DNA of 64,000 nt from Candidatus Binatia bacterium (lineage in GTDB: Bacteria; Desulfobacterota; Binatia; UBA9968; JAJDTQ01). This document shows positions 9,236-19,520 of the stretch, one piece after another. Positions within the stretch are counted from its first letter, which is position 1, and each line of letters starts with the position of its first letter. The translations under genes and the position numbers were made by a program. The DNA is taken from NCBI GenBank assembly GCA_963666515.2, contig OY762897.2, forward strand, positions 800,001 through 864,000, read 5' to 3'. The notes below the pieces were generated by a model. The model searched no databases, was not told where the DNA came from, and worked only from the letters and a program-made list of their open reading frames with translations.

Positions 9236-10246
9236 ATGTCCAAATGCTCCTTCGGCGTCGAGATTCACCCCTACTACGACGTTCCCGCCCTGATGCACGA
9301 GGTGACGCTGGCGGAGGAACTGGGCTACGACCAGGTATGGTTCGGCGACTCCCAACTCATCTGGCGGGAGATGTACGTGCTCCTGGGCGCTGCCGCCCAG
9401 GCCACCTCAAGGGTCCTGCTGGGCACCGGCGTCACCAACCCGATCACGCGGGTCTCCGCGGTCACCGCCAGCGCGGCGGCGACGCTGCAGGAGCTGTCCG
9501 GCGGCCGGCTCACCCTGGGCATCGGCAACGGCTTCACCTCGGTGAATACCATGGGCAGGAAGCCCGCCACCCGGGCTCAGCTTGAAGCGTGCGTTGACGA
9601 AATCCGCATGCTGTGCCGCGGCGACCGCGTGCCGGTGGAGTCCGGAGACATGCGGCTGATGTTCGGCGCGCCGGAGAAGTGCCCGCCCATCGCCCTGGCC
9701 GCCAGCGGCCCGAAGATGCTGCGGCTGGCGGGCCGCATCGGCGACGGCGTGATCCTGGCCCGGGTCGCCATGGAAGGGGACATGCTGGCCCGGATGCTGG
9801 AGTGCGTGGACGGCGGCCGGAGGGAGGAGGGCCGCGACGCTGCGCCGTTCCAGAGGTTCCTTTCGGTCTCCGCGGCCGTGGACGAGGACGGTTCCAAGGC
9901 GGTGTCTGTGGTGCGGCCCCACGTGGCGCGGGCCATCCTCAAGCCGTTCTGGGGGCTGAGCCCGGCGGCCGCCGCGGCAGCGGAAAGGATGACCGGCCAA
10001 TACGACAACTACCAGCACCTCAACCCCAACGCCGCCCACGCCGACTCCGTCCCAGACGAGGTAGTGCCCGAATTCGCTCTGGCGGGCACGCCGGCCCAGT
10101 GTATCGAGAAGGCCCGCCGCATGTTCGAGAGCGGCATCGACCAGATCACCATCCGTCCCTACGCGGTGGACGGCCTGCCCCGGGCCAGCATGATCCGCGC
10201 CTTCGCCGAGCAGGTCGTGCAGCCCATGCTGCGGGGTGACGGCTGA
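9236..10246 (+). CDS. LLM-class flavin/F420-dependent oxidoreductase
   Basis: AEELGYDQVW, LGTGVTNP, SGGRLTLGIG, SGPKMLRLAGRIGDG. Confidence 0.88.
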   Translation: MSKCSFGVEIHPYYDVPALMHEVTLAEELGYDQVWFGDSQLIWREMYVLLGAAAQATSRVLLGTGVTNPITRVSAVTASAAATLQELSGGRLTLGIGNGFTSVNTMGRKPATRAQLEACVDEIRMLCRGDRVPVESGDMRLMFGAPEKCPPIALAASGPKMLRLAGRIGDGVILARVAMEGDMLARMLECVDGGRREEGRDAAPFQRFLSVSAAVDEDGSKAVSVVRPHVARAILKPFWGLSPAAAAAAERMTGQYDNYQHLNPNAAHADSVPDEVVPEFALAGTPAQCIEKARRMFESGIDQITIRPYAVDGLPRASMIRAFAEQVVQPMLRGDG

Positions 10247-10259
10247 CCGGACGACCGGC

Positions 10260-11474
10260 ATGTCACGCGACCACCTGAACTTCCTCTTTCTCAACGTCGC
10301 GCACTTTCTCGATCATCTCTTCATGCTGATCTTCGCGACGGTGGCGGCGTTGCGGCTGGCCCACGAGTGGGACATGAGCTACGGAGCGCTGATCCCCTAC
10401 GCCACGCCGGGGTTCGTCGCCTTCGGGGTCTGCGCGATTCCGGCCGGATGGATCGGGGACAAGTGGAGCCGTGCGGGGATGATCGTCATCTTCTTCATCG
10501 GCACCGGCGCGGGCTCGATCCTGACCGCGCTGGCGGCCACGCCGGTGGAGATTGCCTTGGCGCTGCTGGCGATGGGGGTGTTCGCCGCCATCTACCACCC
10601 CGTGGGAATCGCCATGGTGATACAGGGACGGCGCAAGACCGGCATTCCCATCGCCATCAACGGCGTGTTCGGCAACCTCGGAGTCGCCGCCGCCGCGCTG
10701 CTCACCGGCTACCTGATCGACACGGGCGGCTGGCGCAACGCGTTCGTCTGGCCCGGCGCGGTTTCCATCGCCCTCGGTGTCGCATACGCGGCCTTCGTAT
10801 GGACGGGACGGTGGAGCCGGGCGCCCGGCCTCGCGGACGCCGCGGCCGGCAGGCAGCCCGCCGCCGACATCGTGTCCGTCGGGCGTCCGACGTTCGTGCG
10901 CGTGCTCTGCATCATCGTGTTCACCACCGCCATCGGCGGCCTGATCTTCCAGAGCACCACGTTCGCGCTGCCGAAGATCTTCGACGAGCGGCTCCACGGC
11001 ATCGCCGGCTCGGCCACCGCGGTGGGCGGCTATGCCTTCATGGTGTTCGCCATCGCCGCTATGGCGCAGCTCGTGGTGGGGTATCTCGTGGACCGATACT
11101 CCGTGCGCACGGTGTTCGCGTTCGTCGGCGGGTTGCAGGCCGCGCTCTTCGCCATCATGTACCAGCTCACCGGCCTGGGCGCCCTGGTGGTCGCGGTCGC
11201 CTTCATGCTCGTCGTGTTCGGACAGATCCCCATCAACGACGTGCTCATCGGCCGCATCACCAAAAGCGAGTGGCGCAGCCGCGTCTTCTCCCTCCGCTAC
11301 ATCGTGACCTTCTCGGTCATGGCGTCCACGCTGCCCTTCGTGGCTGGCATCCACGCAAGCTGGGGTTTCGGCGCCCTCTTCGTGGTGATGGCGGTGGCCG
11401 CGAGCGGCGTCCTCGCCGCGGCCCTGATGCTGCCGCGCACCGGCGTGGTCGTCGGGCAGCCTGCGGCGGCGTGA
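10260..11474 (+). CDS. MFS transporter
   Basis: Multiple TM segments; GWIGDKWSR, AAIYHPVG, GYLVDRYS. Confidence 0.85.
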   Translation: MSRDHLNFLFLNVAHFLDHLFMLIFATVAALRLAHEWDMSYGALIPYATPGFVAFGVCAIPAGWIGDKWSRAGMIVIFFIGTGAGSILTALAATPVEIALALLAMGVFAAIYHPVGIAMVIQGRRKTGIPIAINGVFGNLGVAAAALLTGYLIDTGGWRNAFVWPGAVSIALGVAYAAFVWTGRWSRAPGLADAAAGRQPAADIVSVGRPTFVRVLCIIVFTTAIGGLIFQSTTFALPKIFDERLHGIAGSATAVGGYAFMVFAIAAMAQLVVGYLVDRYSVRTVFAFVGGLQAALFAIMYQLTGLGALVVAVAFMLVVFGQIPINDVLIGRITKSEWRSRVFSLRYIVTFSVMASTLPFVAGIHASWGFGALFVVMAVAASGVLAAALMLPRTGVVVGQPAAA

Positions 11475-11528
11475 AGCTGCGCTCCGCCGGGATGACGAGT
11501 CCGACTCAACGCGGCATGACTTTCATCT

Positions 11529-13646
11529 ATGGCTGAAAGGAAACCCGCATACCGCATCGGCGTAGACGTCGGCGGCACCTTCATCGATCTCATGGTGTCC
11601 GACGGCGACCAGCGCCGTATTCGCAAGACCCTGTCCGATCCTGCCGACCTTGCCGGCGCCCTGCTGGCCGGCCTGGATCTCGTGGGGGAGGAGTTGGGCT
11701 TGACCCTGAACGAGTTGCTGGCCCGTACCGAGCAGATCGTCCACGGCAGCACCATCGCCACCAACGCGTTGCTGACGCGGAACGGCGCGCGTACGGCGCT
11801 TCTCACCACGGCCGGGTTCCGGGATGTGCTCAACATGCGGCGCGGCCTGCGCACCGATCTTTACGAACCCAAGCAGGCCCCGCCCGACCCGCTGGTTCCG
11901 AGGCAACGGATTCACCCCGTCACGGAGCGTGTGGACAGCGACGGTGCGGTGCTGGAACCGTTGGACGGTGACTCCGTTGACCGGGCCGTGGCCGCGCTCC
12001 GTCAGGCAGGCGCGGAGAGTGTCGCCGTGGGGCTCGTGTTCGCCTTCGCCAACGACGCCCACGAGCGCGCCGTGGCGTCGCGCCTCAGGGACGCGCTCCC
12101 GGACGTGCACGTCTCGCTCTCCAGCGAGGTGTTGCCCGAGGTGAGGCTCTACGAGCGCCTCAGCACCACCGCGGTGAACGCTTACGTGACGCCGGTGCTC
12201 GCGGCCTACCTTGAGTCCCTCGAACGGCGGCTGGCGGGCAACGGGTTCCGCGGCCGGCTGCTGGTCATGCAGTCCAGCGGCGGGGTCATGGGCCTGGATC
12301 CGGCGAGGCGGTTCGGGGTGCGGAGCATCCTTTCCGGACCGGCCGCCGGGCCGGTGGCGGGCCTCTGGTACGCCGGCCTCCACGGCATCTCCAACGCCAT
12401 CACCGCGGACATGGGAGGGACCAGCTTCGATGTCTGCCTCGCCGAGGGGGGCGAGGTGGAGGTGACCAAGGAAACGGAGATATCGGGGCACCGGATCGCG
12501 CTGCCCATGGTGGCGGTGCACACCATCGGCGCCGGCGGCGGCAGCATCGTCACGGTGGACGGCAGGGGGCTGCTACGGGTGGGACCTGAGAGCGCCGGCT
12601 CCACCCCCGGTCCCGTGTGCTACGGCCGGGGCGGCGACCGGCCCACGGTCACGGACGCCGACCTGCTCATCGGCTACCTGGGCGCGGAGCGGTTCTGGGG
12701 CGGGCGGCTCAGGCTCGACGAGGACGCGGCCCGGGAAGCGTTCCGCCGGCACGTGGCCGAGCGCCTGGGCGTGGACGCGGTGCGTGCCGCCTACGGCGCC
12801 TTCCAGGTGGTGAACGCCAACATGGTGGACGCCATCCGGGAGGTGTCGGTGCGGCGCGGCCACGACCCGCGCCGGTTCGTGCTGGTGGCCGCGGGCGGCG
12901 CCGGCCCCATCCATGCCTGCGCCATCGCGCGGGAGCTGGACATTGGCCTGGTCCTGGTGCCACGGGAGGCGTCGGTCATGTGCGCCGCCGGACAGCTCCT
13001 GTCCGACCTGCGCCACGATTTCGTGAGGAGCTGTGTGATGTCGCTGGAGCGGTTCGACCGGGACATGGTGGAATCGCATTTCCGGGAGTTGCGGCGTGCG
13101 GCCACGGAAGCGCTCCTGGCCGAGGGTATCCCGCCGCATCGCATTGCGGTAAGCTCGGCTGCGGACGTGCGCTACGTGGGACAGTTCAGCGAGGTGGAGG
13201 TGCCCTTGTCCGATACCGCGATGACCGAGGCCGTGGTGGCGAAGCTGACCGGTGACTTTCACCGGCTCCACGAGTCCCTGAACGGCTACAATATGCCGGA
13301 GGCGGCGGCCGAGATCGTCAACCTGCGGGTGGTGGGAAAGGGCCCCGCCGATGCCGAGGTCACGCCTGACCAGCGCGGCACACCGGGCACGGCCCTGACG
13401 GGCCGCCGCGGAGCGTTCTTCGAGGACGGTTTCCGCGAGGTGCCGGTCTACGACGGTCACCGGCTGGCTTCCGGGGAGGACGTCGCCGGCCCGGCCATCG
13501 TCGAGCAGGAGACCACCACCGTGGTGGTGCCGCCGGAGTACCAGCTCACCTGCGACGCTTTCGACAACTACCTCGTGTACCTGAAGGAGCGCGGTCTGGC
13601 CGAGAGCTTGGCGCGGGTGAAGCCCGGGCCGGAAGACGGGAGGTAG
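11529..13646 (+). CDS. hyuA: Hydantoinase A/5-oxoprolinase family subunit
   Basis: GVDVGGTFID, HGSTIATNA, SGPAAG, DMGGTSFD, IGAGGGS. Confidence 0.88.
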   Translation: MAERKPAYRIGVDVGGTFIDLMVSDGDQRRIRKTLSDPADLAGALLAGLDLVGEELGLTLNELLARTEQIVHGSTIATNALLTRNGARTALLTTAGFRDVLNMRRGLRTDLYEPKQAPPDPLVPRQRIHPVTERVDSDGAVLEPLDGDSVDRAVAALRQAGAESVAVGLVFAFANDAHERAVASRLRDALPDVHVSLSSEVLPEVRLYERLSTTAVNAYVTPVLAAYLESLERRLAGNGFRGRLLVMQSSGGVMGLDPARRFGVRSILSGPAAGPVAGLWYAGLHGISNAITADMGGTSFDVCLAEGGEVEVTKETEISGHRIALPMVAVHTIGAGGGSIVTVDGRGLLRVGPESAGSTPGPVCYGRGGDRPTVTDADLLIGYLGAERFWGGRLRLDEDAAREAFRRHVAERLGVDAVRAAYGAFQVVNANMVDAIREVSVRRGHDPRRFVLVAAGGAGPIHACAIARELDIGLVLVPREASVMCAAGQLLSDLRHDFVRSCVMSLERFDRDMVESHFRELRRAATEALLAEGIPPHRIAVSSAADVRYVGQFSEVEVPLSDTAMTEAVVAKLTGDFHRLHESLNGYNMPEAAAEIVNLRVVGKGPADAEVTPDQRGTPGTALTGRRGAFFEDGFREVPVYDGHRLASGEDVAGPAIVEQETTTVVVPPEYQLTCDAFDNYLVYLKERGLAESLARVKPGPEDGR

Positions 13647-13650
13647 AATC

Positions 13651-15414
13651 ATGGACCCCATTCTCGTGACTGTCATCGCCAACCGTCTCGAAGGGGTCAC
13701 CCGTGAGATGGGCGCGGGCATGCTGCGCAGCTCGCGCTCGCCCATCTTCGCCGAGAACAAGGACTTCGTGACCGCGGTGTTCGACCGCCGCCTCCGGCTG
13801 GTGGCGCAGACCGCCTACATTCCTGTGCTGATGGGTGCGAGTCCGTTCGCGGTCAAGGCGGTCAGCGACCACTTCGGCGACGATGTGGAGCCGGGGGACG
13901 TGATGATCCTCAACGACCCCTACCGCGGCAACAACCACGCGCCGGACATCTCCGTGATGAAGCCGGTGTTCTTCGAGGGTGAGCTTCGGTTCTGGGTCCT
14001 CAGCCGGGGCCACCACGCGGACATCGGCGGCGGTGGAGCCGCGGGGCGGAACCCTCACGCGGCCACGGCCTGGGAGGAAGGTCTTCGGATACCGCCCGCG
14101 AAGCTCTACCGGGGCGGCGCCTGCAACCGGGACGTGTGGGAGATCATCCTGCTGAACGTGCGCCTGCGCAGCTCGGTGGAGGGCGACCTCCAGTGCCAGG
14201 TGGGCGCCTGCAACGTGGGCGAGAAGTCGCTGGAGCAGATGCTCCTGCGGTACGGCTGCGAAAGCGTCGAAGGCGCCATGGAGGAGATGCTGGACCGGAG
14301 CGAGGCGCAGATGCGGGAGCGCATCGCGGCCGTTCCCGACGGAGTCTACCATGCCTCCCGGCAGCTCGATCACGTGCTGGAGGACGGCCCCGGCGGGCGG
14401 CCCGCCATCCGCGTGCGGCTGGAGGTGGAAGAGGACGGGCTGCGTTTCGACTTCGCCGGCTCGGACCCGCAGATCCCGGTCTACTACAACAGCTCCTACG
14501 CCAACACGGTGTCGTCGTGCTACATCGGGCTCTTTTCCACCATCGCCGCGGACGTGAGCGTGAACGAGGGCTGCATGCGCCCGGTGGCGGTTTCGGCGCC
14601 GGAAGGGTCGCTGGTGAATCCACGGGAAGGCGCGCCCACCACCCAGTGCACCGTCGCCACCTGCGCCACCATCGTGGAAGCCGTGTGGATGGCGCTGTCC
14701 CAGGCCGTGCCGGATCGGGTGCAGGCGGGCTGGGCGCGCACCAACGCGGGCGCCGGCACCGCCCTGAACCGGCGGACCGGGCGGCCGGGCGCCTTCATCC
14801 TCCATTTCGCCAAGGGAGGCGGCGGCGCCACCCAGGGGTTCGACGGCTGGAGTCACATCAGCCCGGTGTCGTCCATGGGCGGCTCGCGGGTGCCGGACCC
14901 GGAACTCTACGAGCTGACCTTCCCGCACCGCATCCTGAACTATGAACTCCGCCCGGACAGCGCCGGCGCAGGAAAGTGGCGCGGCGGTTACGGGGCGCTG
15001 TTCTCCCTGCGATTCAACGAGGATGGCAGCGCCCTCTCGGTGCAGATCGGCAGCGGCGCCGAGGAGACCGCGCCGTTCGGTCTGGCCGGGGGTTCCCCGG
15101 CCGCGGCCGGCACGGTGCGGGTGCGCTCGGAGGACGGCGAGGAGGTGGAGTTCCACCGCGCCGCCATGCACCACCCGCGCGGCGGCGACGTGGCCGAGAT
15201 ACGCTCCGCCGGAGGCGGCGGATACGGCGACCCGTACGAACGGCCGGTGGAGGCCGTCCTGGACGACGTGGAAGCCGAACTGCTGTCGCCAGAGAACGCA
15301 CGGCAGCAGTACGGCGTGGTGGTGGACCCGGAGACGGGCACCGCGGACATGGAGGCGACCCGGAGGCTGCGGCAAGTCGGTTGGACGAAGGCCGCGGCGT
15401 CGTGCGGTCAATGA
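13651..15414 (+). CDS. hyuB: Hydantoinase B/5-oxoprolinase family subunit
   Basis: NDPYRGNNHAPD, HHADIGG, DSAGAGKWRGG, GGGGYGDP. Confidence 0.88.
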   Translation: MDPILVTVIANRLEGVTREMGAGMLRSSRSPIFAENKDFVTAVFDRRLRLVAQTAYIPVLMGASPFAVKAVSDHFGDDVEPGDVMILNDPYRGNNHAPDISVMKPVFFEGELRFWVLSRGHHADIGGGGAAGRNPHAATAWEEGLRIPPAKLYRGGACNRDVWEIILLNVRLRSSVEGDLQCQVGACNVGEKSLEQMLLRYGCESVEGAMEEMLDRSEAQMRERIAAVPDGVYHASRQLDHVLEDGPGGRPAIRVRLEVEEDGLRFDFAGSDPQIPVYYNSSYANTVSSCYIGLFSTIAADVSVNEGCMRPVAVSAPEGSLVNPREGAPTTQCTVATCATIVEAVWMALSQAVPDRVQAGWARTNAGAGTALNRRTGRPGAFILHFAKGGGGATQGFDGWSHISPVSSMGGSRVPDPELYELTFPHRILNYELRPDSAGAGKWRGGYGALFSLRFNEDGSALSVQIGSGAEETAPFGLAGGSPAAAGTVRVRSEDGEEVEFHRAAMHHPRGGDVAEIRSAGGGGYGDPYERPVEAVLDDVEAELLSPENARQQYGVVVDPETGTADMEATRRLRQVGWTKAAASCGQ

Positions 15415-15433
15415 TGATTGCCGGCTCGGTACA

Positions 15434-15442
15434 TGTTATAAT
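15434..15442 (+). promoter_or_regulatory. Extended -10 promoter (TGnTATAAT)
   Basis: TGTTATAAT about 65 nt upstream of the lipoprotein start. Confidence 0.5.
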
Positions 15443-15506
15443 CCCGTCTTCCTGTAGTGATTTGCTGGTCATTTTGCCGGCGGCGGCGTTTGCGGACTAT
15501 ACCGGG

Positions 15507-16526
15507 ATGATGAAGATGAACGTAATGAAGGTCGCCGTCCTCGCCGCGGCTTCGTTCCTGCTCTCCGCTTGCCTCGGTGGCGGTGGCACGACCGGAGGCA
15601 AAGTCGATCCCGTGCCCGGAGGTAACGGTGGCGATGCCATGCCTGGTGACACGAGCCGTTACATCGAGAGAGGTCCGCGTCTGGCATCCTCCAACCTGTC
15701 GCCGATTCGGGAAGCGGAAGACGACTTCGGCGCGGATGTGATCGAGGCCTTAGTCCGCGCAACGGGGGCCACACCACGCGGCTCCTCGCAATCGTCGCTG
15801 GTCGACGAGGATGGGCGCACGGCTGATGAAGTGACGGCCCGCGTTGTCCGCGATGATGACGGGAACGTGGTCTACGAGGTCACCGACCGCGCCCGCATGA
15901 TCGTCCGCGTACCCGTACCCGCCCGCCAGAATTTCCACTTGGCTCTCTTCACCACCCTGCTCCCCGGTATCGAGCCCGATCTGACGAGCTACCCGCATGA
16001 GGTTCTCGGCCTGTGGGCGTGGGACGGCGAGACCGGGTCGGAGATCGGGGCGTTCTGGGACAAGAGTCCATCGGGACCGCCCACGACTTTAGGCTCGCCG
16101 TTGCCGACGGGTACAGCCACCTACGAAGGCGACGCAGTGGGACTCCATGCCGCCGGCGGAGCGGCGACGAAGTTCCTGGCCGACGTGACACTGGTCGCCG
16201 ACTTCGGCGCCCATTTGGTGAGCGGCAAGGTTGACACGTTCCGTTCCATCGCCGGGATGTCGTTGGGCGACCTGTCCGTTACACTGAGCGAGACCCCCTT
16301 TTCGCCTCAGGGGGAGGCCTTTTCGGGCGAGACGACGGCGACGGCGGTTTCCGGGAGTGGCAAATGGGGAGCGCGCTGGAGCCACGATAGCCGCTCGGCG
16401 ATGGGTGGGACGTTCGGCTTCGCCGCAGCCGACGGGAGTGTGGCTCTTCTGGGAGCGTTCGATGCGTCCGCACGTGCCTCCGCGGCTGGTGGGGATCCCA
16501 ACGACCCCGTGGCGACGGGTCGGTAA
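15507..16526 (+). CDS. Lipoprotein with C-terminal transferrin-binding-protein-like beta-barrel
   Basis: Lipobox LLSAC then Gly-rich linker; PTGTATYEGDAVG..VTLVADFG..GGTFGF..LLGAF barrel pattern; exact start among nearby ATGs uncertain. Confidence 0.7.
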   Translation: MMKMNVMKVAVLAAASFLLSACLGGGGTTGGKVDPVPGGNGGDAMPGDTSRYIERGPRLASSNLSPIREAEDDFGADVIEALVRATGATPRGSSQSSLVDEDGRTADEVTARVVRDDDGNVVYEVTDRARMIVRVPVPARQNFHLALFTTLLPGIEPDLTSYPHEVLGLWAWDGETGSEIGAFWDKSPSGPPTTLGSPLPTGTATYEGDAVGLHAAGGAATKFLADVTLVADFGAHLVSGKVDTFRSIAGMSLGDLSVTLSETPFSPQGEAFSGETTATAVSGSGKWGARWSHDSRSAMGGTFGFAAADGSVALLGAFDASARASAAGGDPNDPVATGR

Positions 16527-16608
16527 AGAAAGAACCATAAAGAACGGACACATCACGCACGCGGAAGCTCTCGACCAACCCGCAGCGTATCCGTAACAGG
16601 AGGGCACC

Positions 16609-17349
16609 ATGTCGAAGATCGTCACACGCGCGCTCACGCAGGAGCAGGACGGGGTGCCCGGCTTCATCGCCTCGCCGGAACGGCAGACGCTGGGCCCGGC
16701 GCTGCTCATCGTCCATCACCACTACGGAGTGACGGGCCACATCAAGCACATGGCCTGCGAGTTCGCCGAGCGCGGGTACACCGCTATGGTGCCGGCCCTC
16801 TACGACATGCTGGGTTTCTCCGACTTCCACGGCGTGCAGAAGCAGACCACGGACGGGCGTTTCGTGGAGGTCATCGGCCAAGGATGGCGATATCTCTGCG
16901 GGCGCGACGACGTGGACGAGAACCGCGTGGCGGTCATGGGCCTGTGCATGGGCGGGCGCATCGGCATCCACTTCGCAGCGGCGACGCCGCAGGTTGCCGC
17001 ATTCCTGGGCTACTATCCCTCGGTACGCGACGAGGGTCCTAGCGAGCTGCGTCCGCGCCATCCGAACGAATCTGCACGGGAGATTCACTGCCCCTCCATG
17101 ATCCTGTTTGGAGGTCATGACCGTGTGGCGCCAGTGCCCGTGCAGGAGAAGCTTCGAGCAGCGTTCCTGGAAGGCACCCCCGACGTCGAGTGGCATTTCT
17201 TCCCGCCAGCCGGCCACGGCTTCGCCCTGGCAGACGGCGACGCCTACGACCCTACGCTGGCCAAGCTCACTTGGCCGCTGTCGGTCAACTTCCTGGATCG
17301 CGTGCTGGGAGCGGAACCTGTAGCCACGACGATGCGTTCGGTCGCCTGA
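16609..17349 (+). CDS. Dienelactone hydrolase family protein
   Basis: GLCMGG nucleophile motif, GGHD, AGHGF. Confidence 0.9.
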   Translation: MSKIVTRALTQEQDGVPGFIASPERQTLGPALLIVHHHYGVTGHIKHMACEFAERGYTAMVPALYDMLGFSDFHGVQKQTTDGRFVEVIGQGWRYLCGRDDVDENRVAVMGLCMGGRIGIHFAAATPQVAAFLGYYPSVRDEGPSELRPRHPNESAREIHCPSMILFGGHDRVAPVPVQEKLRAAFLEGTPDVEWHFFPPAGHGFALADGDAYDPTLAKLTWPLSVNFLDRVLGAEPVATTMRSVA

Positions 17350-17392
17350 GCCTGCGGCCGTATGGATGCGGGCTTGCGAACGTGAGGGGCGA

Positions 17393-18838
17393 TCAGCCTC
17401 CCACCGGCGGCGTGCGCCGGAACCACCCGGCCGCCTGCTCGTAGGCATGCGCGGCCCGCAGCACCCGTTCTTCCATGAAACGCGGCCCCACGAGTTGGAG
17501 CCCGATAGGCAGTCCGCCGTCCGTGAACCCGCAGTTGACGCTCAGGGCCGGCAGCCCGGTGAGGTTGAAGGGCGTGGTGAAGAGCGAGCGGAAGTTCACG
17601 CCCGGGCTTTCCAGCCGGATCTCCTCTCCGTCCACCATCATTACCGCCCGATTTGATTCCTCGATGGTGGGCGCAGGCACCGCGGCCGTCGGCGCGGCGA
17701 TGATGTCCGCGCCCTCGAAGACTTGGTCGAACTCCCGGCACAGCAGGCGGCGGATGCGTTGGGCGGCAACGTATGCGTCTGCGGGGATCAGCATCGAAGC
17801 GATGTTCTGGCGCAGCAGGCGCGGGCTGTAGTCCCGCGGCCGGGCCGTCAGGTAGGGCAGGTTCTCCACCACGTTCTCCGGCCGCGTGATGCACGGCCAG
17901 ACGAACCGCGTCGTATCCAGGTGCGGCACCTCCACCTCCACCAGCTTGGCGCCGAGGGACTCCAGTTGGCGCTGTGCCTCCTCGAATGCCTCCCGCACCG
18001 CTCTCGTCATGTACCGGTCGAAGTAGTCCTTGACGATCCCGACCCTTAGACCCTCGATACCCGCGTCGAGGCCGTCGCCGTAGTCCGGCACCGGCTCGTC
18101 CGCGCTGTTGGGGTCCTTCGGGTCCTTGCCCGCAATTGCCTGCAGGATCAGCGCGCAGTCCCGCACCGTTTTGCTGAATACCCCCAGGTGGTTGGTGCTG
18201 AAGCCACCCTCGCCGGGCACGTGTCCGAAGCGGCTGATGCGCCCGTAGGTGGGCTTGAATCCCACCGTGCCGCACAACGAGGCCGGGTTCCTCACCGACC
18301 CGCCGTTGTCGGTCCCTATGGAGCCCAGGCACAGGCTCGCTGCCAGACCCGCGGCCGAACCCCCGCTGGACCCCCCGGCGATCCGCTCCATGTCCCAGGG
18401 GTTCCGCGTGGTGCCGTAGAACGGGTTGATGGTGGTGCCGCCGTTGGCCCACTCATGCATGTTGGTCTTGCCCAGGATCACCGCCCCCGCCTCCCGGAGC
18501 CGCGCCACCACCGTGGCGTCGTAATCCGGAACGCACTGCTCCAGCACCTTGGACCCCGCCGTGGTCCGGATGCCGCGCGTCGCGATGTTGTCCTTGATGG
18601 ACAGCGGAATGCCGTGCAGCGGCCCGCGATACTTCCCGTCCCGTATCTCCGCCTCCGCCGCCCGCGCGTCCTCCAACGCCTCGTCACGCGATACCGTGAC
18701 GTAGGCCACCAGCTCCGGGTTCAGCCGCTCGATGCGCGCCAGCATGAGTTCGGTGATCTCCACTGGCGAAAGCTCTCCACGCCCGATTGCCACCGCCGTG
18801 TCCTCGATCGTCAGCTCCGCCAAATCATGGTCTGTCAT
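17393..18838 (-). CDS. Amidase signature family enzyme (GatA/AtzE-like)
   Basis: GIPLSIKD, GGSSGGS, GTDNGGSVRNPA. Confidence 0.92.
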   Translation of the reverse strand: MTDHDLAELTIEDTAVAIGRGELSPVEITELMLARIERLNPELVAYVTVSRDEALEDARAAEAEIRDGKYRGPLHGIPLSIKDNIATRGIRTTAGSKVLEQCVPDYDATVVARLREAGAVILGKTNMHEWANGGTTINPFYGTTRNPWDMERIAGGSSGGSAAGLAASLCLGSIGTDNGGSVRNPASLCGTVGFKPTYGRISRFGHVPGEGGFSTNHLGVFSKTVRDCALILQAIAGKDPKDPNSADEPVPDYGDGLDAGIEGLRVGIVKDYFDRYMTRAVREAFEEAQRQLESLGAKLVEVEVPHLDTTRFVWPCITRPENVVENLPYLTARPRDYSPRLLRQNIASMLIPADAYVAAQRIRRLLCREFDQVFEGADIIAAPTAAVPAPTIEESNRAVMMVDGEEIRLESPGVNFRSLFTTPFNLTGLPALSVNCGFTDGGLPIGLQLVGPRFMEERVLRAAHAYEQAAGWFRRTPPVGG

Positions 18839-19023
18839 CACGTGGCTCCTTCTGGATATTCCCGTCGCCGGGTCCGGCTTGCGGTAGGGGAAGCCTATGC
18901 GTAGGAAGGTTCGGGATCAAGGGCGGCTGTTTGTAGTGGATTCAACACGCTATAATGTTTGAAACCGTGTCCAGGGACCACTTGTGCAAGTCTTTAGTTG
19001 GAGAACCATTCGGGAGGACTGTC

Positions 19024-19248
19024 ATGGCAGAGCAGATCACGGTATCGGTAGATTCCGATGTGGCCAAGCTGTACCGGTCGGCCTCTGACGAGGAACGTCG
19101 AAAACTCGACTTGCTCGTCAATTTGCGATTGCGTGATGTTGCAGATTCCGGGAGGTCTTTCCAAGACGTCATGGAGGAAATCAGTCGCAATGCCCGGCAG
19201 CGTGGTCTGACTCCAGACATCTTGCAGTCCATCCTGGACGAAGAATGA
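19024..19248 (+). CDS. Putative antitoxin
   Basis: 74 aa ending MEEISRNARQRGLTPDILQSILDEE; overlaps start of PIN remnant; TATAAT at 18951-18956 upstream. Confidence 0.7.
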   Translation: MAEQITVSVDSDVAKLYRSASDEERRKLDLLVNLRLRDVADSGRSFQDVMEEISRNARQRGLTPDILQSILDEE

Positions 19249-19501
19249 CCCGTTTCGTCTTCGATACAAACGTCACCGTTAGCGCATTGTTGTTCAATGA
19301 ATCCGTGCCGGGGCGGGCGTTCTTCCGCGCGTTGGGACATGGAAAGTATGTCGTGATCCCAGTGATGACCATGTCCTGGAGTTGGCGGTCAGTGGTGATG
19401 CAACATACATAGCCACCGGTGATGCCGACTTGCTCGTCCTGAACCCGTTTCGTGGGGTACAGATTTTGACGCCTGCCGACTTCCTGGAAGCACCGGTATG
19501 A
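19245..19501 (+). pseudogene. PIN-domain toxin pseudogene (internal deletion and frameshift)
   Basis: MTRFVFDTNVTVSALL in one frame, CRDPSDDHVLELAV..IATGDADLLVLNPFRGVQILTP in another; 257 bp vs 405 bp for the intact homolog at 258-662. Confidence 0.8.
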
Positions 19502-19520
19502 AGGCTGAGGTACAAACAAG

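Noticed and set aside
14976-15506. Long N-terminal extension of the lipoprotein ORF
   Set aside because: Overlaps hyuB in another frame; signal peptide and promoter indicate a start near 15507
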